A DNA stretch of 64,000 nt from an uncultured bacterium (GCA_963727255.1 CAVSFC010000002.1:288001-352000); one strand, 5' to 3'. Numbered from the stretch's first letter, positions 43,521 to 54,537 are shown. The notes: generated by a model from the sequence alone, not told the origin. Translations and numbers: made by a program.

Positions 43521-44035
43521 GACACATATGAAATATCAGGATCGGGAAGGCATTTTTCTATTCAGCCAGAATACTTTTCTCCATTGTTGCAGGGGCTTGA
43601 CGGCGTAGTTTGTATAATAAGAATCGTCAAAACAATAAAGACGACCAGATTTTGTGTATGTAAAACTGTATTAATTAGCCAAATAAATCAATTGTATTCA
43701 TACAGGATTTGATGAGGAGTGAGCGGTTAAATGCTCGTGCTTAATTTCAGTCTGAAAAATTTAATTGCAAGACTCATTTAAAACAAATTGTTTTTGCTGA
43801 ATGTCATCATTCAGAGAGAAATATTTTAATATCTGAGCGGATGTTGCAATTCTTTTTGAATGATTTATTAAAAAGCATAATGCTTCTCTTTTTGTATTGA
43901 ATCAGAAATGCAACACGGGTAAATCTGTTGCAAATTAGGGAGCAAGGTCCGCGTATAGCGTGTTGCATTTCTGCTGTAATAACTATCTGATCGGGATAAA
44001 GAATCATCTGAGTTTTAAAAAAATGAAACGTTGCG

Positions 44036-44623
44036 CTAGTTTTGGGCCAATTGGTATGCCTTTGCAATGTCTTCATACAGGGTATTAAGTTCCTTGGGAT
44101 TTCTTAGAATATAGGCTGGATGATAGGTAGGCATAATAATATATTCCGGGAGGTTAGCAGCGACAATCGGTTTGCCTCGAACGGTTGAGATTTTTATGTG
44201 ATAATCATTGAGCAATCCTTGAAGCGCGGTAGCCCCTAAGCTGCAAATGATTTTAGGGCGAATGATTTTGATCTGATTAAAGAGCAAAAGATTGGTGCAG
44301 GTGAGCACTTCATTTTCAAGGGGTTTGCGGTTATTAGGAGGTCTGCATTTTACTACGTTGGTGATGAATACTTGGCTTCTTTCAAGGCCTGCACATTCAA
44401 AAATCTTATCGAGCAACTTGCCCGATCTGCCTACGAATGGTTTTCCTAATCGGTCCTCATCCTGTCCGGGGCCTTCTCCAACAAACATGAGCTTGGCATC
44501 GGGGTTGCCTGATCCAAATACTACATTGGTTCTTCCCAGTTTGCCTAACGGGCACTGGACGCATTTTATATACGGCGCATACAGTTTATTAAGAAGTTCT
44601 TGTTTATATGTTTTAATATCCAT
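44036..44623 (-). CDS. Uracil-DNA glycosylase, family 4
   Basis: CVQCPL, VGEGPG, PFVGRSG, TNVVKCRPPNNR, TYHPAY. Confidence 0.93.
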   Translation of the reverse strand: MDIKTYKQELLNKLYAPYIKCVQCPLGKLGRTNVVFGSGNPDAKLMFVGEGPGQDEDRLGKPFVGRSGKLLDKIFECAGLERSQVFITNVVKCRPPNNRKPLENEVLTCTNLLLFNQIKIIRPKIICSLGATALQGLLNDYHIKISTVRGKPIVAANLPEYIIMPTYHPAYILRNPKELNTLYEDIAKAYQLAQN

Positions 44624-44648
44624 CGCGTGAGTTTGCCTTCAAGTGAAA

Positions 44649-44670
44649 GCTCCCGGCAAAAACCGGGAGC
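44649..44670 (-). terminator. Probable terminator
   Basis: GCTCCCGG/CCGGGAGC stem after the clostripain gene. Confidence 0.55.
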
Positions 44671-44698
44671 GAATATTTTAAGACTAGGTTATCGATTC

Positions 44699-46036
44699 TT
44701 ATCCGTTTAATAAATAGGCGGTTAGGAATTTTGTCCAGTTATTTTTTGCAAAGTTAGATTTTTTGTATGAAGGATGAATTTTTCTGTCTGGGAAGAAAAT
44801 AGAAATTCCCGATGCATACGGAAGATTTGAACCGCAGACATTTCTGATGACTACTCTTTTTATGATTCCCATGCCTTCTTGCAGTATTCGTATAATTTCC
44901 GAAGCGAGTAGATTTGGATTTGGGAAAGTATCCCGTAACGCCTTAGAGAGATTTTTATAAAAATGAAGTAAATCAATATATGTTGGCTCATTAAAGTGAG
45001 TGCAGTTTCCTTTTCTTTTGCTATGAGCAAGTATATTTCTATAAACGCTTGCTTGATCGGTTGATAGTGCGCCCGTTAGTGCATCCCCCAATTGGCTTAC
45101 ATTTGCTTCAAGCTGATCAATAATAGCAAGATCAAGGGCCGATTGAGTGTAATCAACAAATCCCGGATGATTTCCGCTGGGCTTATATGCGGTTGCAAAG
45201 GCATCTACAATATGGGATGCAAGACCATGGGCATCGGGCGCTCCTCTCAGAAATGCCAGCAACGCTTCATCATATCTCCAGCCTGGCCCGGGCTCAACTT
45301 CCTGTGAGGCGATTTGGATATTTGCAAACTGTTTAGTGATCTCTGCAACTTCGATCATTGCCATCAGGCATGCATCGAAGGCGATAATATCAAATTTTCT
45401 TCCGCCCAGAATGGTATTCTTGATTTCTGAGAGAGCGGCCTCCAGTTTTTGATTGGTCAAATAATTGCCCGTGGTATCATCCCAGCAAATTCCTTTGGGA
45501 TCATTAAGCGCTTCAATCAAATCAAGGAATCCTATAGTTCGATCAAGCTCAAAAACATTAGTATGGGAATTATACGTATAGAGCATTTTCGTATCAATTT
45601 GACGCCGGCCATACGGATCAATAATTCCGGTGCCATGATTCCAGAGCACGAGCATATAGCGCTCTGCCGGATAATTAGTTATTGCCCAGCGGCACGCAGA
45701 AACAAGGGTTGCCGGGTCGCCGCTATCCATCGGAGTTTTTTCATTGGGAATCTCAACTTGGACCGGATTATTTTTTTCTACATAATAGCGGCGGGTTATT
45801 TTTTTGCTTCCATGCATACGGATATCCAAATGAACGCAGAGATTTACATACTGATTCGATCCGATAAGCGACATTTGCTTAATATTTCGCGATGCATAAT
45901 CGCGTAGATTGTTATCTGCGGCTGCATAGACAATAAATGTCCAGGGTTTTTTTTCTTTTGGATTAGTTGAACCAAATAGCAAAAATATGATGATAAAAAA
46001 ATGAAAGAAAATGCAATCTTTTAGCAAGCGTACCAT
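44699..46036 (-). CDS. Clostripain-family (C11) cysteine peptidase, exported
   Basis: WTFIVYAAADNNL, YPAERYMLVLWNHGTG, FDACLM, ASQEVEPG. Confidence 0.9.
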   Translation of the reverse strand: MVRLLKDCIFFHFFIIIFLLFGSTNPKEKKPWTFIVYAAADNNLRDYASRNIKQMSLIGSNQYVNLCVHLDIRMHGSKKITRRYYVEKNNPVQVEIPNEKTPMDSGDPATLVSACRWAITNYPAERYMLVLWNHGTGIIDPYGRRQIDTKMLYTYNSHTNVFELDRTIGFLDLIEALNDPKGICWDDTTGNYLTNQKLEAALSEIKNTILGGRKFDIIAFDACLMAMIEVAEITKQFANIQIASQEVEPGPGWRYDEALLAFLRGAPDAHGLASHIVDAFATAYKPSGNHPGFVDYTQSALDLAIIDQLEANVSQLGDALTGALSTDQASVYRNILAHSKRKGNCTHFNEPTYIDLLHFYKNLSKALRDTFPNPNLLASEIIRILQEGMGIIKRVVIRNVCGSNLPYASGISIFFPDRKIHPSYKKSNFAKNNWTKFLTAYLLNG

Positions 46037-46112
46037 AATCCCTACTCCCCTTTAATGGTATATATGCCCTATACCTTAAGGTATTCAAAGTCGGAGGGAT
46101 GGCACAATATTT

Positions 46113-47222
46113 TTATGAATAGCCCTGTTTTTTACGCGCTTCTATATGGTTAAACCACGCGAGCGCAAAGGTGAGTCCAAAGCTCAGTTGAAAATCGAGG
46201 AAGAATAATTGCAACGGATTTATGCACAATACTAATGCGGTCACTAAAACAACCAGATGAACATAATGGGAAGGAGATCGCGCTAACAAACACCATTTAT
46301 AAATGAGGACCATTAAGAGCGCACGTTCAAATGAGACACTCGACCAAGAAAGAACTGCATAGGTAAGAATAAGCATAATTAAAAACAGTTGCTTAAATAG
46401 GTAGGAAAGTGGCAGTAAGCTTAAAATAAAATGCCAAACAATCACAAAGATAACCAAATGTAAACCCGAACGGGCAAGATAATGGCTGGTTCCCCAAATC
46501 TTAAATGGTTCTTTCGTTGAATCCATTTGCTTTTTTACCGCAGTACGATTTCCAAGAAATATCGAAGAAAACAATTGGAATGTCTCGCGATTTATTTTAG
46601 ATCGCAATGTTGCAAAAAGAGATTCTTTAAAATAAAACAACGAACGCATAAAACTAAAATTGGGCCGTTCTATGAGGGTATATTTTAGATTCTCAAGAAA
46701 AAGCGTTGCAGAAATTTTTTCTTTGGCCAGATAGGTGTTAAAAGAAGAATTCGAACTTTGTTTAAAGGCAACATCATTAATTTCAACGAGATCTCCGACC
46801 AAAAGATCGGGTTTATCTTTTATATACAATGCAATAGTTTCTCCGCATTGATGCCAAGTATCCTGTTTTTGTATTTGATCAGTTTCTATGATCATGCGAA
46901 ATGAAAAGCGAGGATTTTGTATTTTTTCAATGCTGGAAATATATCCGTGCAAGGTAATGGCATCCTCTGCAACCAGATTAAGAAAATTCTTTTGAGTTTT
47001 TTGTTGCATGTAACAAAGAATTGATCCTGCAAGGAATGATAGCGCAACAATAGTATAGAGTGGCTTATTGTAGCCCTTGGCCCAACGATAAAAAATACCA
47101 AAAATAATAAGCAGTGCTGCTATACCAAGCTGTACCGAAAGCCAGACTCGCAGAAACTGGCAAGTGATACCCACCATCATGGAAAGCGTTACATGCGATA
47201 AATAATGAAGACGCGGGAACAT
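46113..47222 (-). CDS. comEC: ComEC/Rec2 competence-family membrane protein (no metallo-beta-lactamase domain)
   Basis: GTSHYLARSGLH, SFERA, NP...DFQLSF. Confidence 0.85.
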   Translation of the reverse strand: MFPRLHYLSHVTLSMMVGITCQFLRVWLSVQLGIAALLIIFGIFYRWAKGYNKPLYTIVALSFLAGSILCYMQQKTQKNFLNLVAEDAITLHGYISSIEKIQNPRFSFRMIIETDQIQKQDTWHQCGETIALYIKDKPDLLVGDLVEINDVAFKQSSNSSFNTYLAKEKISATLFLENLKYTLIERPNFSFMRSLFYFKESLFATLRSKINRETFQLFSSIFLGNRTAVKKQMDSTKEPFKIWGTSHYLARSGLHLVIFVIVWHFILSLLPLSYLFKQLFLIMLILTYAVLSWSSVSFERALLMVLIYKWCLLARSPSHYVHLVVLVTALVLCINPLQLFFLDFQLSFGLTFALAWFNHIEARKKQGYS

Positions 47223-47288
47223 AAAATGTGAGGTGAAATATTTTAAAATACCTATTGTGATGATGCCCTAGTCAAAGTTGTGAATCTA

Positions 47289-48311
47289 TTATCTATGATT
47301 TGCAAGAAGAGCCTTTACTTCTTGAATAAAAGGCGATTCTCCATTGAGAGATTCCATTCCAAAGACCATATCCAATACAGATGGAGACCTAGCAAAAGGC
47401 CGATAGTCTGGATTTACACCATTTTTGAGAAATAGTTTTAAAAGATCGATATCTTCCTGTTTTATTGTTTTGCATGTTGCAAATATGGAACAGGGAGTTC
47501 CAATCTCAGTTATTATGGCATAAGGATTAGCTCCATTTGCAAAGAGCATGTCAGCGATTTCAGTACAATAGGGAATTTTTTTATCCCATATTTGAACCAG
47601 GATTTCCAAGGGAAGCCTTCCCGCCGCATCTTTCTCATGCACCGTTTTAGGTGTCACGAATTTTTTTACTAAGGAAAGATCACAAAGCTCAAGCGCATGG
47701 GCAAGAGTTGTTGCTTTTGTTGCAAATAAAGCGGCAACCTTACTGAGTCCTTTGGTTTGATCTGGAGGCACGGTGCGAGCTACAGTCAAATTGAATGCTG
47801 CAGAGTTTTTTTCTTTTCGCTCCTTAAAAAAAGGATTTGCGCCTTTCGAGAGGAGAAATTCTAATGGTGGCAGATAGTCTTCGCGCATTGCGATACTTGT
47901 TGCAAATATTATAGCAGAAATATTCTGGCCTGGTTTGCATCGATTTATAAACGCCTTTTTTTGAGTAAGAAATTCTAGAACAGGATTACTTGCTGCTGGG
48001 TTTTTTCGTTCAAAAGCATCGCAAAGAGCAGCTTGTAAGAGTGATGTCCCATTTTTATCCAGAGAATTTGGATCAATGCCTTCTTCATTTATTAGGTGTT
48101 GCAAACATATTAAATTGCTTCTCGATGCAGCAGTAAATGCGAGCGCTTTTAGCTGATTTTCTTCCGGCTCGGGAGTTGAAGTTCTTAAATCTCCGGCATT
48201 GATGAGTTTTAATTTCATTTCTTTGTGTTTTTGTTCATCAACCATGCAAGAGAGCGAGAGCGTAAAAAGCGCAAATAGTGTTATAAAAATGGATATAGAT
48301 TTTGTCTTCAT
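47289..48311 (-). CDS. Secreted ankyrin-repeat protein
   Basis: LSC|MVD; GIDPN, GANPF, GANPY, GVNPD repeats. Confidence 0.8.
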   Translation of the reverse strand: MKTKSISIFITLFALFTLSLSCMVDEQKHKEMKLKLINAGDLRTSTPEPEENQLKALAFTAASRSNLICLQHLINEEGIDPNSLDKNGTSLLQAALCDAFERKNPAASNPVLEFLTQKKAFINRCKPGQNISAIIFATSIAMREDYLPPLEFLLSKGANPFFKERKEKNSAAFNLTVARTVPPDQTKGLSKVAALFATKATTLAHALELCDLSLVKKFVTPKTVHEKDAAGRLPLEILVQIWDKKIPYCTEIADMLFANGANPYAIITEIGTPCSIFATCKTIKQEDIDLLKLFLKNGVNPDYRPFARSPSVLDMVFGMESLNGESPFIQEVKALLANHR

Positions 48312-48337
48312 AGTGGCTCAACTTAGTATGTTAATTT

Positions 48338-48640
48338 TTATTTTTTAAGAGTTTCTATGCGCTTTATAATATCAGAAACATCAACATTATGCGACTTTTC
48401 CAGATTTTTAAGGCGTTCTATAATCGATTTTCCGCTGGCATCGCTCAGTGTAGCGTTTTCTTTATCAAGAAGTGTATGCAAAAAATCAAAATTTTGATGA
48501 TCAATTGCGGAAAAAATTAGATCCCTTATGAGCTCATTGGAATTTTGTCGTGGGCATCCAGGGCTGCTTATATCTCTATGTTCCGATGCATCAAGAGAGC
48601 AACTGCAAAACAATATTAATACCAGTATCTTTACTATCAT
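48338..48640 (-). CDS. Small secreted protein with a degenerate ankyrin-like segment
   Basis: Start re-called at MIVKILVLILFCSCSLDA|SE; IFSAIDHQNFDFLHTLL. Confidence 0.6.
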   Translation of the reverse strand: MIVKILVLILFCSCSLDASEHRDISSPGCPRQNSNELIRDLIFSAIDHQNFDFLHTLLDKENATLSDASGKSIIERLKNLEKSHNVDVSDIIKRIETLKK

Positions 48641-48717
48641 TATCTGTCCCCCTTTTTTATTTAAAGTACAAAAATTGGGAACCAAAACGCAAAGATATTC
48701 CACTTTTCTGGGCTGTA

Positions 48718-50187
48718 TTATGGATTGTTTGAGCTTAAATCTCGGCGGCAGATTGGGCAATTGTTATTATTGCTCTGGCCAAGCTTTTTTAGGCAATCGC
48801 CGCAAAAAATATGCTTACATTTTGTAACGCTGTCAGCAAAGTTTACAAAGCATACCGGGCAAACTGCATTGATTGTTTCAGGATCAATCTCATACTTAGC
48901 GATTAGTTGTTTTTTATAGGGGATGGGAGCCATTAAGAACTTTTCGAGAAGAAAAGGGTAATCGGTTAACAATTGTTTATCGGCGAATGCACAAATTATA
49001 CTGAGTATTAAAGATGGTGGTTCGTTGGAGAGCACCGCAATGATTTTTTTGCAGCTAGCCTTATATACAAATGATTGAGACCCAGCAGCAATAGTATAAT
49101 TATCGCCGCTTATTGCTACCGTAGAAAAATGCTCACCTGGGGCATCGAATTGTGCTAGGCATGATTTATTTGCAAATTCTACTAACTTTACATGCCCATC
49201 CCAATGCCCGGTAACGGCATAATTTCCGCAACTACTTATTGCGGCCGCAATGATAGTCTTTAATTCTTTTGCGGTTTCTCCTTGACAATTTTCAGTCGAT
49301 ACCCGAACGATTTCTTGGTTAGTTGCAAGAAGGCCGTATTTGCCATCAGGTGTAATATCAACGGAAACAAAATTTTTACGTTGACATTTAAAATCACTCA
49401 AAGTAGGTTTCTTATCCTTATAGTGAAATTTTTTCAATTTATTTTGATATGCGATCAACCCCCAGCTGCCATCATCGCTCATTGCAAATGCTATAGGAGT
49501 TTTTGAACGATTAGGGAATGTATTTCTTTCCTTTCCATCACTTTTTACAATTTCTAGCTCCTCATCATAATGATGGAAGAGTGCGAATTTTCCACGAGAT
49601 GTGAGAAGGAGCATTTTTACATTTTGTGAAAGTATGTCATTAGAACAAGTTGTGCCGGTATAGTTGTTATATTTACTCAGACAATTTTTTGAAGCTGTTA
49701 AAATAAGTCCCGGTTGATCCAAACATTTTGAGGCTATTACTGTTGACTTCAAGTAATTGATGGCGCAAACCAACCCTTTTTCCGTAAAATATGCCGATGT
49801 ATTATTAGTTTTTGTAAGCGACATATGGCTGCCATCATGATCGAGCGATATTGATTGCGCTGGGCAGTTGATATGATAAAGTTGTGCGGAACCTGAATCA
49901 AAACTTTCTGAAATAGAAGTTGGCCCGATTTCTTCTTTTTGAATTTTCTGAACGTTTGCATTAACCAATCCGCTGATTTGATAGAACGTGCCTAGATATC
50001 TTTCAAGCAAGATCTTGCTAATCTCCTGTTTTTTTTCATGAGAATCAGCACGTTGGCATAATTTTTCTAAATCCTGACCAAGTGGGAGAGCAAGCAATTC
50101 TTGTGCCAATGCTTCGGGAGTTTTGCTAGATTCCATAGCAAAAACTGAAGAACACACAAGAAGCACAATAAAAAAATAAGAAATCAC
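48718..50187 (-). CDS. Secreted WD40-repeat protein with a C-terminal C3HC4 RING finger (putative E3 ligase effector)
   Basis: VFA|MES; SVDITPDG, VTGHWDGHVKL, VAISGD; CPVC...CKHIFCGDC...CPICR. Confidence 0.85.
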   Translation of the reverse strand: MISYFFIVLLVCSSVFAMESSKTPEALAQELLALPLGQDLEKLCQRADSHEKKQEISKILLERYLGTFYQISGLVNANVQKIQKEEIGPTSISESFDSGSAQLYHINCPAQSISLDHDGSHMSLTKTNNTSAYFTEKGLVCAINYLKSTVIASKCLDQPGLILTASKNCLSKYNNYTGTTCSNDILSQNVKMLLLTSRGKFALFHHYDEELEIVKSDGKERNTFPNRSKTPIAFAMSDDGSWGLIAYQNKLKKFHYKDKKPTLSDFKCQRKNFVSVDITPDGKYGLLATNQEIVRVSTENCQGETAKELKTIIAAAISSCGNYAVTGHWDGHVKLVEFANKSCLAQFDAPGEHFSTVAISGDNYTIAAGSQSFVYKASCKKIIAVLSNEPPSLILSIICAFADKQLLTDYPFLLEKFLMAPIPYKKQLIAKYEIDPETINAVCPVCFVNFADSVTKCKHIFCGDCLKKLGQSNNNNCPICRRDLSSNNP

Positions 50188-50312
50188 AATGAGAACCTAA
50201 TGTTTAAAAACTATTTATTAAATCAATACTTTAAGATATAAGAGCATTGTTTGTCAAATAAGCAATGGTGCGGCATACTGATTAAAAATTCTTTTTTAAA
50301 ATCGGGTTAAAA

Positions 50313-52946
50313 ATGTCTTCTATACAAAAACACATTCTATCTAATGGTCTTACTGTTTTAGTACATCCCCTACACACAATTCCCAAAGTTGCAGTTCAAC
50401 TCTGGTATGAGGTTGGCTCAAAAGATGAAAAAGATGGCGAAAGAGGTTTAGCCCATTTGCTTGAACATATGATTTTCAAGGGCACCGACATTCTTTCTGA
50501 ATCTGATATCAATCTGATTGCGCATAAATTATCAGGAAATTGCAACGCCTTTACTGGCCATGATTATACTGGCTACCTCTTTGATTTTCCTAAGCAAAAT
50601 TGGAAAATTGCGCTTCCATTGCTCGCTAACTGCATGCGAAAATGCACCTTCAAAGAAGATCTTTTAAATGCAGAATTAAAAGCGGTTATTCAAGAATTAA
50701 AGATGTATAAGGATGATTATCAAACAAGCTTATGCGAGCAGATGCTCAGTGCGCTTTTTAAAGAACATCCGTATCATTATCCGATTATTGGGTATAAGCA
50801 AGATTTATGGGGCATCAATCAGCAAGGCTTGCTTGCTTTTTATGCAAAGCATTATGTGCCCAATAATGCTACCTTAGTGATTGTTGGTGATATCGATGTG
50901 CAAGAAGCGATCACTCTTGCTGAGCAAGCATTTAATGCAATACCCGCTGATCCTAATTACCATCGCGATACTTATAAGTATGTGCCCGATATGCGTGCCC
51001 ATTCGGTGATAATCAAACGAGACGTGCAACAACCAATTTTAATGTATGCATGGGTTGTTCCGGGCCTAAAAGCAAAGCAATCGCATATTATTGATGCGGT
51101 CCGCTGGATTTTTGGAGAAGGCAAAGGATCCCGCCTTTTTAAAAAAATTGTGGATGAAAAAGAGTTAGCAACCGATTTGCAGGTTGATTTATACGAGATG
51201 TTTGATCAAAGTGTATTCTTTATTCACATTGATCCGGTAGATGAAACAGTAATTGATACCATCTCTCAAATAATTAAGGATGAACTTGATCTCTTGCACA
51301 AAAATGGGGTTCAGGAGCATGAATTGCAGCGTGCTTGCAAGCAATCATTAATGGAACATTTGAGTCTTTTTGAAAACAATCAAAAGCTTGCCTATGAAAT
51401 TGGTGCATCATTTTTAGCAACCAAGAATGAAAAATCGCTTGAAGAATATCCGGCCTTACAAAAAAAGATTGATAGAAAAACAGTGGATCAGTTTTTTAAG
51501 GAGTATCTGCGCGGATCGATTATGAGCAAAGGAGCGGTGCTCCCGCTCAATGAACGTGAAATGGCCGATTGGCTTGCCTTGCAGGAGCAATCTGATAAAG
51601 AAGATGAGCGGATTCTCTCGCGTAAAATACGTGAATCTACCGTTGAATGCGGGGTCTATGTTGAGCAGGTTATCGCGCAAGAGGCTGCATCATTTAAATA
51701 TCCGCGTGCTGATAAATCAACATTATCCAATGGGCTCATGCTTGTAACCCATTCAAATAAACAAACTCCAAAAATTGATTTAATGCTCGATCTAAAAGTG
51801 CGCCATTTTTATGATCCCGAGGATAAGGAGGGGCTCATCAATTTTATGAGTACCATGTTGCTCGAAGGAACCGAGCGCTATACCGATCAAGAGCTTGCCG
51901 ATGCTGCTGAATCGCGAGGCATGGGCATTGATGTACGCGCAGGAATGCTTACAATCAGCACATTAAAAGAAGACTTTGAATTTGCGTTACATTTATTGGA
52001 CCAATTAGTTACTCAGGCAACATTTCCTGAAAAAAGCATAGAAAAAATACGATCCCAAATCGATGCTGATATTGCACAACTCTGGGATAGCCCGACAGAA
52101 TTCGTTGCTCAATTAGCACGAAAAGAATTATATAAGTATCATCCGTATCACAAAAATATTTTGGGCAGTGAAGAATCGATCAAAAAAATAAAACGTTCAG
52201 ATCTGATCAACGCCTATAAAAAATATAGCACCCCCTTGGGAGCACGCTTGGCCATAATCGGAGATCTTGAAGGCATCAATGTTAATGCTGTTGTGCAAAA
52301 GATGCTTGGCAATTGGCAAGGTGCTTCAGTTCCGGATTTAGAATTTCCACAATTGCCTACAGTAACTAAAAAAGATTTAAACACCTCTATGAATCGTGAT
52401 CAGACGGTGCTTTGTTTTGCCGGCCATTCTGTCTCGCGCCTCGATCCAAGATTTGATGCATTATTGCTTTTTGATCAAATTTTTACAGGCGGAGTTTTGG
52501 GTTCAATGAGCTCCTATCTTTTCCAGCTACGGGAACAAACGGGGCTCTTTTATACGATTGGCGGATCATTAGTGGCCGGTGCAGATGAGCAGCCAGGAAT
52601 GGTTTTTTTGCGTACGATAGTTTCTAATGATCGCTTGGATGAAGCAGAGCGCTTGATTGAACAAGCAATAATAGAATGCAAAAAGCGTATTAATGATCTG
52701 GATATTGAGCATGCGCGCAATGCGCTGGTGAATTCACTGGTCGATCATTTTGAATCTAATTATAGTATGGCAGAAGCATTTTTATTTCTTGATCGCTTTG
52801 GATTGCCTGCTGATTATTTTGATAATCGTTTGAAAAATTTAAAATTAATGAGTAATGGGCAGATAAAATCCGCAGTAGAAGAGATTCTTGATCCCAATCG
52901 GCTCATCCGATTAAGAATAGGCAGATTAGCATTTAAAAATCGATAA
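50313..52946 (+). CDS. M16 (pitrilysin/insulinase) zinc peptidase, intact
   Basis: GLAHLLEHMIFKG, NAFT, YVPNNA, LREQTGLFY. Confidence 0.93.
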   Translation: MSSIQKHILSNGLTVLVHPLHTIPKVAVQLWYEVGSKDEKDGERGLAHLLEHMIFKGTDILSESDINLIAHKLSGNCNAFTGHDYTGYLFDFPKQNWKIALPLLANCMRKCTFKEDLLNAELKAVIQELKMYKDDYQTSLCEQMLSALFKEHPYHYPIIGYKQDLWGINQQGLLAFYAKHYVPNNATLVIVGDIDVQEAITLAEQAFNAIPADPNYHRDTYKYVPDMRAHSVIIKRDVQQPILMYAWVVPGLKAKQSHIIDAVRWIFGEGKGSRLFKKIVDEKELATDLQVDLYEMFDQSVFFIHIDPVDETVIDTISQIIKDELDLLHKNGVQEHELQRACKQSLMEHLSLFENNQKLAYEIGASFLATKNEKSLEEYPALQKKIDRKTVDQFFKEYLRGSIMSKGAVLPLNEREMADWLALQEQSDKEDERILSRKIRESTVECGVYVEQVIAQEAASFKYPRADKSTLSNGLMLVTHSNKQTPKIDLMLDLKVRHFYDPEDKEGLINFMSTMLLEGTERYTDQELADAAESRGMGIDVRAGMLTISTLKEDFEFALHLLDQLVTQATFPEKSIEKIRSQIDADIAQLWDSPTEFVAQLARKELYKYHPYHKNILGSEESIKKIKRSDLINAYKKYSTPLGARLAIIGDLEGINVNAVVQKMLGNWQGASVPDLEFPQLPTVTKKDLNTSMNRDQTVLCFAGHSVSRLDPRFDALLLFDQIFTGGVLGSMSSYLFQLREQTGLFYTIGGSLVAGADEQPGMVFLRTIVSNDRLDEAERLIEQAIIECKKRINDLDIEHARNALVNSLVDHFESNYSMAEAFLFLDRFGLPADYFDNRLKNLKLMSNGQIKSAVEEILDPNRLIRLRIGRLAFKNR

Positions 52947-52966
52947 GTTAAAAAAAGGAGATTTCG

Positions 52967-53392
52967 ATGATAAACAGTCTAAGATTTTTGAAAATTTTTG
53001 GACTCGCCTATCCATTTTTTATTTGCATGGATATTATTTGGATCGGTTTTATAATGAATGGCATTTATAAAGAAAAATTGTCAGCCATTGCTCGCATGAG
53101 CAACGGCGCAATAAGGCCGAATATACCTGCATCATTACTAGTCTGGTTGCTTATTGTAGGAGGCTCGTTAGTTTTTGTTTTACCGCAGATAGAAAGTGCT
53201 CCTTTGATTCGGCAATTTATGTGGGGTGCATTCTACGGATTGATCCTTTATGGCGTATACGATTTAACCAACTTTGCCATTCTTTCATCGTGGCTGCTTT
53301 CTATTACCATGCTCGATTTGGCGTGGGGTATGTTTGCAAATGGCATTTTGGCTATTGCGCTTGTTTTTTTGAGCAAATTGATTCAGCACTAA
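52967..53392 (+). CDS. DUF2177-family membrane protein
   Basis: DIIWIG...Y; GAFYGLILYGVYDLTN.A...W....DLAWG. Confidence 0.8.
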   Translation: MINSLRFLKIFGLAYPFFICMDIIWIGFIMNGIYKEKLSAIARMSNGAIRPNIPASLLVWLLIVGGSLVFVLPQIESAPLIRQFMWGAFYGLILYGVYDLTNFAILSSWLLSITMLDLAWGMFANGILAIALVFLSKLIQH

Positions 53393-53433
53393 AAGCCAAC
53401 GCGGATAATAAACAATATACTTTATTTTTTCTC

Positions 53434-54537
53434 TTATAGAGTTTGAGTTTTTGTGTCTGTTTTTTTACGTGCAGAGTGTTTATTAAATAGTTTTACAACT
53501 TTTTGAGCAGGCTCTTTTTTGAGTTCATCCAGACATCCAAGACATTTGTCATCATCTTCAGGTGTAAAGCAAGTGCATTCATTTTTTTTGGTATAATATT
53601 TGATTGCGCGTTTTGCTGGAGTCTCAGAAAGATCATTTTCAGGGTCTGGGTTAAGCAGATGATTAGCTTTGTTTGCTAAAAATAGCTGAACAATATCAGT
53701 ATCATTATTCTCTATTGCATAATCGATAGCGCAGAGCAGAGGCAAACATTTTCTATCCTTTAGAATTCCTATCTGATTAGCATTTGCCTGATTTTTAAAA
53801 AGAAGTTTTAAAATTTCGATGGTTTCTTGTTTAAGGTGCGGATAGCAGTTGCTGGTAACGCGGATTAAGGGTGTAATTCCTGTGTTATCGGGCACATTTA
53901 CTAGTTCAGGCTTCAGAAATTTCTCAATCGTAGCAATATCATGAGTTTCCATTGCTTCATGAAGATTTTTTGCACGTTCACAAAAACGCTTTAAGACAAG
54001 CATTCGATTTTTCTGTTGTTCAGCTAGCAAATCTCTTGTGGAAACTGCAAAATTAGCAGCTGTCCCCCCAGTTGGAGTTTGACAATCTAAAAATGGATTG
54101 CCATTTTTTTCCAAAAGGTATTCAAGTGGACCAAAATTGCTATTGTAAATTGCTTCACCAATCGTATATAGCAATGCTGAACCATGTGCAAACGGTGCAA
54201 GTTTATCTATTTTTGCCCCTTTAGATAGTAAATAATCCGGTACCGATCTATCAAAATCCGATTTCCAGGCCAACTTTTCAAGTGCATGTGAGAGTAAATT
54301 CCTTCCACAATAAACTGTGTTCACATTTTGTTCATTTACATATTCTTTTAATGTATTCAGGTCACATTCTTGTGCAGCTTGAATAATTTTTTCTCTCTGC
54401 AAATTAAGTGGTGATAAGATACTTTGCAAATCTGCATCGGGGCCAAGGTGGATTACGGTAACATTTTTTTCCATGCTGTTAGCAGAAAAGGAAATTAATA
54501 AAAATAAAAGGGGAAGGCTAAATTGAGTGATCTTCAT
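53434..54537 (-). CDS. Secreted ankyrin-repeat protein
   Basis: ANS|MEK; ankyrin repeats (DNTGITPL, LLSKGA). Confidence 0.8.
   Translation of the reverse strand: MKITQFSLPLLFLLISFSANSMEKNVTVIHLGPDADLQSILSPLNLQREKIIQAAQECDLNTLKEYVNEQNVNTVYCGRNLLSHALEKLAWKSDFDRSVPDYLLSKGAKIDKLAPFAHGSALLYTIGEAIYNSNFGPLEYLLEKNGNPFLDCQTPTGGTAANFAVSTRDLLAEQQKNRMLVLKRFCERAKNLHEAMETHDIATIEKFLKPELVNVPDNTGITPLIRVTSNCYPHLKQETIEILKLLFKNQANANQIGILKDRKCLPLLCAIDYAIENNDTDIVQLFLANKANHLLNPDPENDLSETPAKRAIKYYTKKNECTCFTPEDDDKCLGCLDELKKEPAQKVVKLFNKHSARKKTDTKTQTL

Noticed and set aside
43079..43608. ORFs 43079-43288 (-) and 43426-43608 (+)
   Set aside because: They overlap the origin motifs; low-complexity translations with no RBS.
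43807..44076. 89-aa minus-strand ORF
   Set aside because: Overlaps the end of the UDG gene, has no recognisable motif and no convincing start.
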